From the IMG/VR virus record IMGVR_UViG_3300032332_000896, positions 1-59,671 of that record: DNA of 59,671 nucleotides, one strand, 5' to 3'. Every line of letters begins with the position of its first letter. Position 1 is the stretch's first letter. This DNA is from a virus. Taxonomy: Duplodnaviria > Caudoviricetes. This document shows, in pieces, positions 8,652 to 16,858 of this stretch. The position numbers and the translations under genes are program-made. Under the pieces are notes generated by a model. The model did no database searches, was not told the DNA's origin, and saw only the letters and a list, made by a program, of their open reading frames with translations.

Positions 8652-8897
8652 ATGCAGACGCCTATCGGAGTTCCGGCGCTCATCGTGCTGGCCACCATCC
8701 AGCGCTTGAAGAACCGAGCCAGCGGCCTTGCCATCATCAGGGAGACGGGCTTCTCGGAGGGCTCTGTCTACAACATCACATCGCGCCTTGTGCGCGCGTC
8801 TCTGATCGGATCGAAGCGCGCCCACACCACTCTCTACGCTCTCACCAATGACGGCGACACACTGCTGAAGGATGTGCGCAAGGCGATCTCGCCTTGA
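8652..8897 (+). CDS. PadR-like winged-helix regulator
   Basis: SGLAII...SEGSVYNITSRLVRASLI...YALTNDG follows the PadR/wHTH pattern. Confidence 0.7.
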   Translation: MQTPIGVPALIVLATIQRLKNRASGLAIIRETGFSEGSVYNITSRLVRASLIGSKRAHTTLYALTNDGDTLLKDVRKAISP

Positions 8898-9130
8898 AGC
8901 TCCACGTCAACATCTGGGAGGCGGCGACGTTCGTGCTGCTGCTCGTGACGCTTGGCGTGCTGGTGGCGAAGACGTGGGACTACGATGATCTGCGCTGCCG
9001 TGTGGCGCGAATGGAAACACTGGCGGTGAGCGCAGACCCGCTGCCAGACTGCGAAGAGGAAACGCACAGTGTCAAACAAGATCGAGGCTCCGACCCCGTC
9101 TCAAGAGGCGGCGTACCAACAAGGCCGTGA
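8894..9130 (+). CDS. Small membrane-anchored protein
   Basis: N-terminal TM segment; TTGA overlap. Confidence 0.45.
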   Translation: MKLHVNIWEAATFVLLLVTLGVLVAKTWDYDDLRCRVARMETLAVSADPLPDCEEETHSVKQDRGSDPVSRGGVPTRP

Positions 9131-9269
9131 GGCTCGCGCGCGCGGTCTCAACATCCCCAAGAATCCTTTCGTCTCCGACACGCCCAACGACCTTGCGCCG
9201 TTCTGGTTTCGCGGATGGAGTTCGGAGAACTCCGACATCATGGATCGCATCAGGGACAAGTCGACATGA
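9069..9269 (+). CDS. Rmf/CrpP-fold protein (ribosome modulation factor-like)
   Basis: AYQQGREARARG...NPF...WFRGW follows the Rmf signature. Confidence 0.65.
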   Translation: MSNKIEAPTPSQEAAYQQGREARARGLNIPKNPFVSDTPNDLAPFWFRGWSSENSDIMDRIRDKST

Positions 9270-9466
9270 CGCTCGGAAACATCATCTTTGGCATATGGCT
9301 GATCGTCTGCTGGTTTCTCGGCGGCGCGTTCGCAACGCGGGCGGCTGATGCATACAGGACCGGCAGGCGATCTGGCTCGTTCGTGCTTTTGTCAGTCGTG
9401 ACTTTCATGCTGTGCATACCGCCGCTCGGAATGCTTGTTCACGCCCTGACAAGGGGCATTCGGTAG
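9266..9466 (+). CDS. Two-TM membrane protein
   Basis: Two hydrophobic segments; ATGA overlap. Confidence 0.6.
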   Translation: MTLGNIIFGIWLIVCWFLGGAFATRAADAYRTGRRSGSFVLLSVVTFMLCIPPLGMLVHALTRGIR

Positions 9467-9532
9467 CGCCGGTACTACACGGCTTTTTAACTTCTTCCTG
9501 ACACAGTTTCTTCCTCAACAGAGGAGACCACT

Positions 9533-9781
9533 ATGACCATCATTGAACAACTCGAAAAAATCGCCGCTCAGGGCAATGACCCGGCATTTCCCAAAATCGT
9601 TGTGACGCGCGACTTCATGCTTGCCGTCGCTACGGAGATGCGCCGCCTGAATGCTGATGGCAAAGGTTTTGACCTTGTCCGCTGGCTGTCAGCGCCGAGC
9701 CGGATCAACCCGCTGGCGGCTACCGCCGCATATTATTTCAAACATCCTGAAAAAAGTTCGGTAAACCCAGTTGACGACTGA
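9533..9781 (+). CDS. Hypothetical protein
   Basis: GAGGAG RBS. Confidence 0.6.
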   Translation: MTIIEQLEKIAAQGNDPAFPKIVVTRDFMLAVATEMRRLNADGKGFDLVRWLSAPSRINPLAATAAYYFKHPEKSSVNPVDD

Positions 9782-9799
9782 TAATCTATCACCTAGATA
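9771..9799 (+). promoter_or_regulatory. Early promoter P4 (TTGACG-17-TAGATA)
   Basis: Same -35/-10 as P2/P3; ATCTA-TCACC-TAGAT palindrome over spacer/-10. Confidence 0.7.
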
Positions 9800-9845
9800 T
9801 ATCGTCACTGGCCGAGCAGTTCGGTCAGAAAGAGGAGCGACCCTA

Positions 9846-10742
9846 ATGCAAACCCTTTCTTCCCCCCTGTCGAACAAGATCACCCGCTTCGGTCGTGGCG
9901 CGACTATCGCCACCGCCCGCACGGACGCAGGTTTCGCGCTCGACGAAATCCGCAACATCGCCCCGGCCATCTTCGCCGAAGGCAAGCACTCCAGCCGCTC
10001 GGAACGCTACACCTACATCCCCACTGGTGACGTGATCACGGGACTTCTCGACAACGGCTTTCGCGCCGTCGAACTTCGCCAAGGCGGAACCCGCGACGAC
10101 GAGAAGCGCGGCTTCACGAAGCACATGATCCGCCTCCGTCACTCGGACGCGAAGAGTGCGCTGGTCGGAACCTCGCAGGTTTCGCCGGAAGTTGTCATCG
10201 TCAACTCGCACGACGGCACGTCCAGCTACCAGCTCTTCGAGGGTGCGTTCCGCTTCATCTGCACGAACGGCCTGATCTTCGGCGACCTGTCGAAGTCGAT
10301 CAAAGTCCCGCACAAGGGCAACGTGATCGACCGCGTTATCGAGGGTTCCTTCTCGGTCATCGAGACCGCGAAGAACACCGTCGAGCAGGCTCACGAGCTG
10401 AACGCCATCGCGCTGAACCGTGATGAGCAACAGGTCTTCGCTCGCGCCGCCCTCGCCTACCGCTTCGAGGATGTCGCCAACGCTCCTGTGCAAGCCGAGC
10501 AAGTGATCCGCGCTCGCCGCACGGCGGACGTAGAGCCGACGCTGTGGAACGTCTACAACCGCGCTCAGGAGAACCTGATCCGTGGTGGTCTCAGCGGCTC
10601 CCAGATGCAGGTGCGCGACGGTGAAGTTGTCCGCCGCCACGTCACGACGCGCCCGGTGAACGGCATCGACGGCAACCGCGATCTGAACCGCGCGCTGCAC
10701 ACTCTGGCCACGGAGTTCGCGAAGCTGAAGCAAGCCGCCTGA
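9846..10742 (+). CDS. DUF932/DUF945 (YubP/YfjQ-like) protein
   Basis: HSSRSERYTYIPT, FTKHMIRLR, NSHDGTSSYQL..G.FRF.CTNG, TLWNVYNRAQENLIRGG. Confidence 0.88.
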   Translation: MQTLSSPLSNKITRFGRGATIATARTDAGFALDEIRNIAPAIFAEGKHSSRSERYTYIPTGDVITGLLDNGFRAVELRQGGTRDDEKRGFTKHMIRLRHSDAKSALVGTSQVSPEVVIVNSHDGTSSYQLFEGAFRFICTNGLIFGDLSKSIKVPHKGNVIDRVIEGSFSVIETAKNTVEQAHELNAIALNRDEQQVFARAALAYRFEDVANAPVQAEQVIRARRTADVEPTLWNVYNRAQENLIRGGLSGSQMQVRDGEVVRRHVTTRPVNGIDGNRDLNRALHTLATEFAKLKQAA

Positions 10743-10771
10743 CGCACCTCTCTCCGTCAGGAGGCGAGACT

Positions 10772-10798
10772 GGCGGGGGCTTCGGCTCCCGCCTTTTT
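10772..10798 (+). terminator. Rho-independent terminator ending early arm
   Basis: GGCGGGGGC-TTCG-GCTCCCGCC-TTTTT. Confidence 0.85.
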
Positions 10799-10895
10799 CG
10801 TTTGAAATGGAACCGCCGCCTACGGAGCAACTCGCAGGCGGCGGTCTTCAGCGCTCTGGGAAAGAGGAAGCAAACCCTAGCAGCCGAATTGGTTC

Positions 10896-11288
10896 TTATC
10901 CTTCAAGGTCGTCGTCTTGCAATGGGCGCCCATCAGGGGCCAGCCCCTCACGCATGCGGATCGAGATCAGCGCGTCAGCGGCGGGCGTAGGCTTGCCGTT
11001 CTTGTCCATAACCTGCAGCACCAGCGACGCGCCGTGGTCATGACAGGCCGCGACGAAGTGGACCGTGCGGCCCGGAAATTTCTTGGCAACAGCCTCTGAC
11101 CTATCTCGCCGGAAGAGACCTTCAAGGGCGCCCGTGCGCGACATGAAGTCGGGGTAGACCATGTAGAGCTGATCCAGCTCGCCCGACCTGCAGAGCCAAA
11201 CTACCTCAGCCGTGAGAGCCGCAATGACCGCGTCCTCAACCTCGGGCGTTTCGCGCGTGAATATTGGCTGACGCAATGATCGGTGCAT
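10896..11288 (-). CDS. Hypothetical protein
   Basis: GGAGG RBS before MHRSLRQP. Confidence 0.6.
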   Translation of the reverse strand: MHRSLRQPIFTRETPEVEDAVIAALTAEVVWLCRSGELDQLYMVYPDFMSRTGALEGLFRRDRSEAVAKKFPGRTVHFVAACHDHGASLVLQVMDKNGKPTPAADALISIRMREGLAPDGRPLQDDDLEG

Positions 11289-11419
11289 GCATCCTCCATG
11301 GAGGGTTGCGCCCTGCGGTAACAAGCTGCCCAAAGGCACGAGGACGGCGCTTCCCTACCGGCCAGTCTGTCCATCGCATCCGCGTGACTGGCTCGGGGCT
11401 CTGATACCGCTCTCGAGTC

Positions 11420-11491
11420 TGGGAGCGGGGATGGGTGACAATCCCACCTATCGCCGGTTTATGAGACCGGCATCCTCTCGGAGGCCCCGCA
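11420..11491 (-). tRNA. Non-canonical tRNA-like gene, CAT anticodon (Met/fMet/Ile2-like), 72 nt with encoded CCA
   Basis: T-GCGGGG...CCCCGC-T-C-CCA acceptor; CCGGT-CTCATAA-ACCGG anticodon arm; GTGGG-ATTGTCA-CCCAT T arm; shortened D arm. Confidence 0.6.
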
Positions 11492-11566
11492 TAAATTCTT
11501 TGCAGCAAACACAAAACGCCACGCTGCATAAGTGACGTTTTGATCGAGGCTTTCGCCGATGTCAAC

Positions 11567-12163
11567 TCAGGTGCCGGTCTTCGCGCCCCGGCGTGTCTGG
11601 GCTGCGTAGTATTGCTCCAGTTGTTCGAATGCCATGCGCAGGTGCTCCCACGCCACCTTCTGAGCTGGGGCGGCATCCTTGGCGGGCTTGCCCATCGTCC
11701 GCATGAAGTAGCCGTCGATGACGCTGTTGCGCTTGCCCTCAATGCACGCCTCGTAAGCCAGCGTGTGACCGTAGACGCCGCAGCGATTGCGCAGGACGTG
11801 GCTCACCTCGTTGTAGCGCCGGGCGCTGCTGGCGCTGCTGTAGTCCTCGGACGCGGCGCGAACGCCTGTCAGGTTCAGGCCGTGCGGCGCCACATAGGGC
11901 AGACCGCTCGCGGCGCGATCTGCAATCCACGAGAAGGCGGCTGACCGCTGGTCGGCGCTGATCGCCCCCAGATCGGCAAGCATGTCGATTGGGTGCTTGT
12001 TCATTTTTTCCACGATGCTCGGAGCCAGCCAGCTGTACACTGGATCGGTTTTTGCCTTGGCTGATCGTGAGAGGCGTCCGTTGGGCTCGCGTGCGCCTTG
12101 TTCGCGCTTACGGCCCTGCTTAATCAGCTTTCGCTGTTTGAAGCTCAACGCTGTTTGTGACAT
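11567..12163 (-). CDS. Putative late transcription regulator (DUF6456-like, Q position)
   Basis: GRKR..GAREPNGRLSR and L...GAISADQRSAA motifs typical of alphaproteobacterial phages; last gene of replication arm. Confidence 0.55.
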   Translation of the reverse strand: MSQTALSFKQRKLIKQGRKREQGAREPNGRLSRSAKAKTDPVYSWLAPSIVEKMNKHPIDMLADLGAISADQRSAAFSWIADRAASGLPYVAPHGLNLTGVRAASEDYSSASSARRYNEVSHVLRNRCGVYGHTLAYEACIEGKRNSVIDGYFMRTMGKPAKDAAPAQKVAWEHLRMAFEQLEQYYAAQTRRGAKTGT

Positions 12164-12200
12164 GCCCGCCTCGACCAGACCCAGCACCAGAAAGCAGATT

Positions 12201-12425
12201 CTAGCCAGAACGTCGAGGGGAGCCTCTATGGCGCAGTTTCTTCTTTGGCCTGTCCTGCCATGCCATCGCCCCGTGAACGCTACAGTAGGGGCCTCCAGAG
12301 CGTTTCTGGGCGCAAAAAAGATGGACCCCATCTTCGTTGGCCACCGGCCAGCGGCAGTCCCAGACCTCCAGCCGGTCGAGCGGCTGGGGCTGGGCGATAA
12401 CATTCTTGCGATTCTCAGTCTTCAA
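12201..12425 (-). CDS. gcrA: GcrA-like protein (C-terminal Cys-rich domain only)
   Basis: CRWPV....FC......PYCSVH...AW signature. Confidence 0.75.
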   Translation of the reverse strand: MKTENRKNVIAQPQPLDRLEVWDCRWPVANEDGVHLFCAQKRSGGPYCSVHGAMAWQDRPKKKLRHRGSPRRSG

Positions 12426-12865
12426 TTTGCAACTACCATATCTTCGTCGAGCGGCTCAGGCGACGCCGACCAGCGCGGAATGGGCGGGCGGGCATCGATC
12501 TCCTGAGCAATCTTCGTTGCAATAGTTTTCATCTCGGACGCCCAGATTTCGTCGCGCTGCACAAACGACGCGACCTTGCGGTAGGCGAACATCGCAGTCG
12601 TGTGGTGCCGCGAACCAAAATACATCCCGATCATCGGGTAGCTCGCTTCGGTGTGGACGCGGCAAAGGTAGATCGCGATCTGGCGCGGATGTGCCCACTC
12701 CCGCTGCCGCGATGTTGCCTCCAGTGCGCCCGGTGGCAGCGCGTAGTGGCGACTGACTGCCCGCTTCACCTCTGAAATCTTCGCGAACTTCTTCGCCGCA
12801 CGCAGGGCTGATTCTTCCGACATTGGCGGTTCAACCAGCGCGTATTCATAGCCATTTTTTCTCAT
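12422..12865 (-). CDS. Stand-alone DnaA C-terminal (domain IV) DNA-binding protein
   Basis: R.REWAHPRQIAIYLCR..T.AS.P.IG..FG.RHHTT..FA.RKV is the Bac_DnaA_C signature. Confidence 0.88.
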   Translation of the reverse strand: MRKNGYEYALVEPPMSEESALRAAKKFAKISEVKRAVSRHYALPPGALEATSRQREWAHPRQIAIYLCRVHTEASYPMIGMYFGSRHHTTAMFAYRKVASFVQRDEIWASEMKTIATKIAQEIDARPPIPRWSASPEPLDEDMVVAN

Positions 12866-12890
12866 CGTTTCCCATTTCCTCTTTTGGGGG

Positions 12891-13793
12891 TTACTGCGCC
12901 CGCGCAGCGCGGCGCCTTGAGGCGGCGAGCAGGCGGTCGAGTTCGTCAGGTCCGTTTTTCGGGAGGGCTTGGCCCTTCGCCTTGGCGAGCAGGCGGTCGA
13001 GTTCGTCACCGCCGCTCGATGCGCGCTCTGGCGCGGGGTTCAGGCGCTGGTCGCGCGCTTGCAGGATTGATTTGCAGAAGTATCCGAGAGACTTCGCGCG
13101 TTTCTTGCTGGCGATCAGCCACGATGATGCCTGCAACATCCCAGCCTCAACGTCGTCCTCTGTGCAGGGGGTCTCGCCGGTCAGCAGCGCTTCGATCTTC
13201 TCAAAACCGGCTGCTTCAGTCGGGCAGGTCCGCCTCGCCCACTGGTCGACCTTTTTTCTGAGACCCTGTGAATAAACTTCTCGCGCACGCGGATGATCAT
13301 CAGGATGTTTCAAGAAGGATAGAGTCATGACCGCCGGGCGGACACTATCGGGGGGTGATTCAGACACTATGGAATTTGATAGTGTAGCCGGGGCGGACAC
13401 TATCGGGGGCGATACTGTAGCCGGGGCGGACACTATTGCCGCGTCATCCTCCTCCTCACCAAGGTCTGAATCCATAGTGTTCGGATTCAGACACTTATCC
13501 CAACTGGTTGGGAATGCTGCGATCTTCGCCACCGATATATGGTAGACGACCGTGTACCCACGACGCCCGGAGCGCTTGCCAGTCGCGCGCAGCACACCCT
13601 CGGCCTCGAAGCCCTGAATGACGCTGACCACGGTTGACCGCGCCAGTTCCGTCTCAGCCGCGATCCGCACTTTCGAGACCCAGACATCGCTGCCGTCATC
13701 GTTGGCGCGGTTCGCCAGAGACAGCAGCACTGCCTTCCGCTGCGCGCTGCCGCAGACGCGGGTTCTCACCAGTTGCTCAATATGCCAGCTCAC
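12891..13793 (-). CDS. Replication initiator with N-terminal HTH
   Basis: KAVLLSLANRANDDG..W.S..RIAAETEL.RSTV; internal iterons. Confidence 0.8.
   Translation of the reverse strand: MSWHIEQLVRTRVCGSAQRKAVLLSLANRANDDGSDVWVSKVRIAAETELARSTVVSVIQGFEAEGVLRATGKRSGRRGYTVVYHISVAKIAAFPTSWDKCLNPNTMDSDLGEEEDDAAIVSAPATVSPPIVSAPATLSNSIVSESPPDSVRPAVMTLSFLKHPDDHPRAREVYSQGLRKKVDQWARRTCPTEAAGFEKIEALLTGETPCTEDDVEAGMLQASSWLIASKKRAKSLGYFCKSILQARDQRLNPAPERASSGGDELDRLLAKAKGQALPKNGPDELDRLLAASRRRAARAQ
12924..13008. repeat. Two exact 25-bp direct repeats, 60-bp period (encode DELDRLLA)
   Basis: GGCGAGCAGGCGGTCGAGTTCGTCA at 12924-12948 and 12984-13008. Confidence 0.9.
13267..13496. repeat. Putative replication origin: iterons plus DnaA box
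   Basis: TGTAGCCGGGGCGGACACTAT at 13383 and 13416, GGGCGGACACTAT at 13336, GATTCAGACACT at 13357 and 13484, inverted ATAGTGT copies; TTATTCACA (minus) at 13267-13275. Confidence 0.75.
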
Positions 13794-14374
13794 TTACCGC
13801 CCCTCCACGAGACCCGCTCTAAAATCGTCTGCAGTGGCCGCTGGCGCGTGAAAACGAACCAAGCGAACTGCATAGCCCCAGACTTCACTTTCGCGCCCTG
13901 CCAGCCCTGCCTGTGCATCATGGGCAACCTTTCGGTGCCCACGAAGATTTTCGACAGGTGGCCGTCGATCAGATCAGATCGACGCGCGCCCTCCAGATAG
14001 GACAGGCGCGACAGGCAGATCACGACGGAGCAGAGGGAAAGGCCGTGGCGCACGCAGGCGTCATGCAGCTTGTACGGGAAGTTGGTAACGATGGTGTCGC
14101 AACCGCCCGGCGCCCGATGCTCCATCAAAAAATCAACACCTGAAAGCGAGTCCACGCAACCGTAATCCACAAGGTCAGTCGCAAAACATTTGCGTCCGCT
14201 CTCGCGAATCACGTTGACGATTGCGCCCGGCCCGCAGCAGGGCTCCCACACCTTGCTCGGCAGATTGACCATCCGCATCAGCGCGTGTGTGGCCGCTGGC
14301 GGCGTCTCATAAAGATCGTTCTTCCGATCCGCTATCGCGTCCCGGTTGGCGTCGCCCCGCTTCGCGTTCCCCAT
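13790..14374 (-). CDS. SAM-dependent DNA amino-methyltransferase-like protein
   Basis: DLYETP, WEPCCGPGAI (motif I), VDFL, IVTNFPY (motif IV variant), FAWFVF. Confidence 0.8.
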   Translation of the reverse strand: MGNAKRGDANRDAIADRKNDLYETPPAATHALMRMVNLPSKVWEPCCGPGAIVNVIRESGRKCFATDLVDYGCVDSLSGVDFLMEHRAPGGCDTIVTNFPYKLHDACVRHGLSLCSVVICLSRLSYLEGARRSDLIDGHLSKIFVGTERLPMMHRQGWQGAKVKSGAMQFAWFVFTRQRPLQTILERVSWRGGK

Positions 14375-14575
14375 CTACTTTTTCTTCTCTGGCTTCTTCA
14401 CCGCGCGCGCTTCACGCGGCCCGCCCAGAGCGGGCTTCACCGGAACGAGCCCCAGCTTCAGCTGGTCGTTCCAGTAGATCACCGTCTCCATCGGCCACGC
14501 CATCTTCATCGCCAGATCGCGGAGCGTCACGCAGGTCTTCGCAATCTCGCGAACTTCAGCCTGCCGTTTATCCAT
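14375..14575 (-). CDS. Small putative HTH protein
   Basis: TLRDLAMKMAWPMETVIYW helix-turn-helix-like segment. Confidence 0.5.
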   Translation of the reverse strand: MDKRQAEVREIAKTCVTLRDLAMKMAWPMETVIYWNDQLKLGLVPVKPALGGPREARAVKKPEKKK

Positions 14576-15668
14576 TTCTGTTTTCACGAAATCCCCTAAA
14601 CCAACGTCCAAAATCAACACGGGCGCGCTCCGCTTCTGTAGGCGCGCGCTTCGGCTCGAAGTCAGGCACGCGCACCGCAGCGTTCTTTGCGGGCTCCTGA
14701 AACGCCACCCTCTCGAACTCACCAGCCGCCGCCATCGCGTCCGAACCCGGCGCTGCGTTCTGGCGCGACTTGAACTGCTTCAGCACAAATGTGAATCGCG
14801 TTTCGGGATCATCTTTCGGGCCGACGAGATACTGTTTGCCCATTTCCAATTCGACGGTGCCCACGCGATCTCCGTTTTTTGAGCAAGCGTAGATCACGCT
14901 CTGCCCCTCCCTCACGACGCCGCCATAGCCGCCGACGCAGTGACGCATCGTCGCCCCCTCAGCCGCCAGTTGGTTGATCGTATTCAGCAAGGTGAAGGTG
15001 AATCCGCTCTTGCTCACGTATTCGGTCGGCACGTATTTGTGCGGGGTCAGCGGCTCGTTGAACCGCGCCTCGTGCCGCGCCTTCTCCTTGGCGAAGCTCT
15101 CCTCCCACTTCTTCATGCCCGACACCACATCGCGCCATTGGCTGTAATAGGTGATGCCCGCGCCGAAGGGAGAGCGCAGGAAGTCGATCAAGTGACTTGG
15201 CTCGCACGCCCACCCCACCGGCATATTCTCGGCAATAAAATTTATCACCGGGGGCGACGTGCCCATCGCAACGAGGTCTTGAAGATAGTTCAGGTAAATC
15301 CTCTGCAGGTCTGGCGTTCGGTTCGCGATCTGCTGGGCAAGGGCTGATGGATTTCCCGGCCTCAAAACCGTGCCGAGAAGCGTGTCGTGCGGGGTTGCCA
15401 TAGCGAGCGCCGACAGGCCGCGCAGGCCGCGATTGATCTGAAAAGCGTCGAGCACCACGCCGAGCTTCGCGCCGCGATTGCACACGTCTTTCCACGCGCT
15501 CAACACGCTCGCCGGACGATAGCCCAGCGAGACGCACACAATGACTGGCGCTTGTCTGATGTAGTCTGCGGCGCGCGGATGCATGCCCGCCAGCGTCACC
15601 GCACGACGGGTAAGCAGGTCGCTGGCGAAGACGCCGTACCACTCCCCTCTGACTTCCTGCTCCGACAT
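14568..15668 (-). CDS. PcfJ-like domain protein
   Basis: LAAEGATMRHCVGGY..., TVEL, QFKSRQN. Confidence 0.8.
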   Translation of the reverse strand: MSEQEVRGEWYGVFASDLLTRRAVTLAGMHPRAADYIRQAPVIVCVSLGYRPASVLSAWKDVCNRGAKLGVVLDAFQINRGLRGLSALAMATPHDTLLGTVLRPGNPSALAQQIANRTPDLQRIYLNYLQDLVAMGTSPPVINFIAENMPVGWACEPSHLIDFLRSPFGAGITYYSQWRDVVSGMKKWEESFAKEKARHEARFNEPLTPHKYVPTEYVSKSGFTFTLLNTINQLAAEGATMRHCVGGYGGVVREGQSVIYACSKNGDRVGTVELEMGKQYLVGPKDDPETRFTFVLKQFKSRQNAAPGSDAMAAAGEFERVAFQEPAKNAAVRVPDFEPKRAPTEAERARVDFGRWFRGFRENRNG

Positions 15669-15727
15669 CGTTGCTCCTTTTCCTGTCGGCAGTGGCAGGG
15701 GCGAGCCTGAGCCCGCCCCTGATAGGC

Positions 15728-16516
15728 TTACGGCACGAACATCGGCTCCAGCTTGAGCAGCCCGCCAACGCGCAGCGCCGCTGCCTCAAAGGCGCGGTCG
15801 CAGATCGACGCAACGCGGTGCAGATCGAACCACAGCTTCAGCGCGCCGTCATCGATCCGATAACGCAGGAGCGCCGTAAGCGCCCACTGGGACTCGCCAC
15901 GGAAGATTGGCATGCTCAGCTCGATCTTTTCGGGCATGGCCGCACGACCACCCGCGCCACCGTCCTTCTCGACATAGACCAACTCGCGCAAGCCGTTCTG
16001 CAGGCGACGCGATGATTTGAAGGTCACGGTCTTGATCTCCTCGAAGTCGGCGACCAGCTCCATGATTTTAGCGGCATCCGGCGAGACGATCTCGGCAGTG
16101 TTCTCTTCGAGGAAGCGCATGAACGCCTCCTGCGTCATCGACTTGCCAGCCACACTCGACCACGTCTTGAACTCCAGCGAGTCGGTAAGCTGCCACCATG
16201 CCTGATGAGCGTTGCGCGTAGGGCCTGCGTCAGTCGGGTAGTCGAGCGATACCTTGACGATCTTCTCGCTAATGGACGCAGTCACCAGCGGCGTCGAAGT
16301 CTCACGGAAGCGAGCGACGTATGCCGCCAGAGATGCGGCTTCAGAAAACCGAACGTGGCTCCTGATGTACTGCGGCGCTTCTTCCTTGTTGGTCAGCCAG
16401 ACAATCTGGCCTTCCTTGTCGACGGTAAACTCGCGCCCGTCTTCCGTCTGCTGGATCATCACGGCGCGGCGCTCTGCCTCGCGCGCAAGGTCAATTACTG
16501 CGGTTACATCAATCAC
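15728..16516 (-). CDS. DUF2303 (YfdQ-like) protein
   Basis: SLAAYVARF, Q..FMRFLEEN..EI, PE...L..PIFRG, LRYRI..G.L. Confidence 0.8.
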   Translation of the reverse strand: MIDVTAVIDLAREAERRAVMIQQTEDGREFTVDKEGQIVWLTNKEEAPQYIRSHVRFSEAASLAAYVARFRETSTPLVTASISEKIVKVSLDYPTDAGPTRNAHQAWWQLTDSLEFKTWSSVAGKSMTQEAFMRFLEENTAEIVSPDAAKIMELVADFEEIKTVTFKSSRRLQNGLRELVYVEKDGGAGGRAAMPEKIELSMPIFRGESQWALTALLRYRIDDGALKLWFDLHRVASICDRAFEAAALRVGGLLKLEPMFVP

Positions 16517-16845
16517 TGGCCGATCTCCCTCTTCTCGTCGCGCTGCTCACGCTTGCGCTTCAGTTCGTCTTCGATATCGATCTGGCGCGGATCACGCCGC
16601 AGCAGGTTCGTTCCGTCTGTGAAGAACATCGCCTCGCCAATACTGGGCTTCGGCTCGGTCGTCTTGATCGTCGCCGAGATGGCGACTCCCCGCTCGCCGT
16701 TCGGGCGCACCTTGAGCATGAGCGAAAACGCCCCGCCCTTGCGCGTCTCGGTGACGGCTGAAATCAGATCGGCGAAGTCGTTGGAGCACTGCTCCAGCAG
16801 ATCGCCGTCGCGAATGTCCTCGATGATTTTCGTAAACGAAGTCAC
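16513..16845 (-). CDS. YfdP-like partner of DUF2303
   Basis: LI.AV.ET.KGG..L, FF.DG.NL.R.DPRQ; conserved pairing. Confidence 0.7.
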   Translation of the reverse strand: MTSFTKIIEDIRDGDLLEQCSNDFADLISAVTETRKGGAFSLMLKVRPNGERGVAISATIKTTEPKPSIGEAMFFTDGTNLLRRDPRQIDIEDELKRKREQRDEKREIGQ

Positions 16846-16858
16846 ACGTCTCTCCTCT

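Noticed and set aside
9843-10733. 296-aa minus-strand ORF
   Set aside because: Antisense shadow of the well-supported DUF932 gene.
11289-11491. tmRNA or hammerhead ribozyme
   Set aside because: A clear CAT anticodon arm is present; there is no G3:U70 alanine acceptor, tag reading frame or CUGAUGA/GAAA core.
13333-13496. Short repeats as a mini-CRISPR or DGR element
   Set aside because: They lie within the initiator gene with iteron-like irregular spacing; no reverse transcriptase in the genome.
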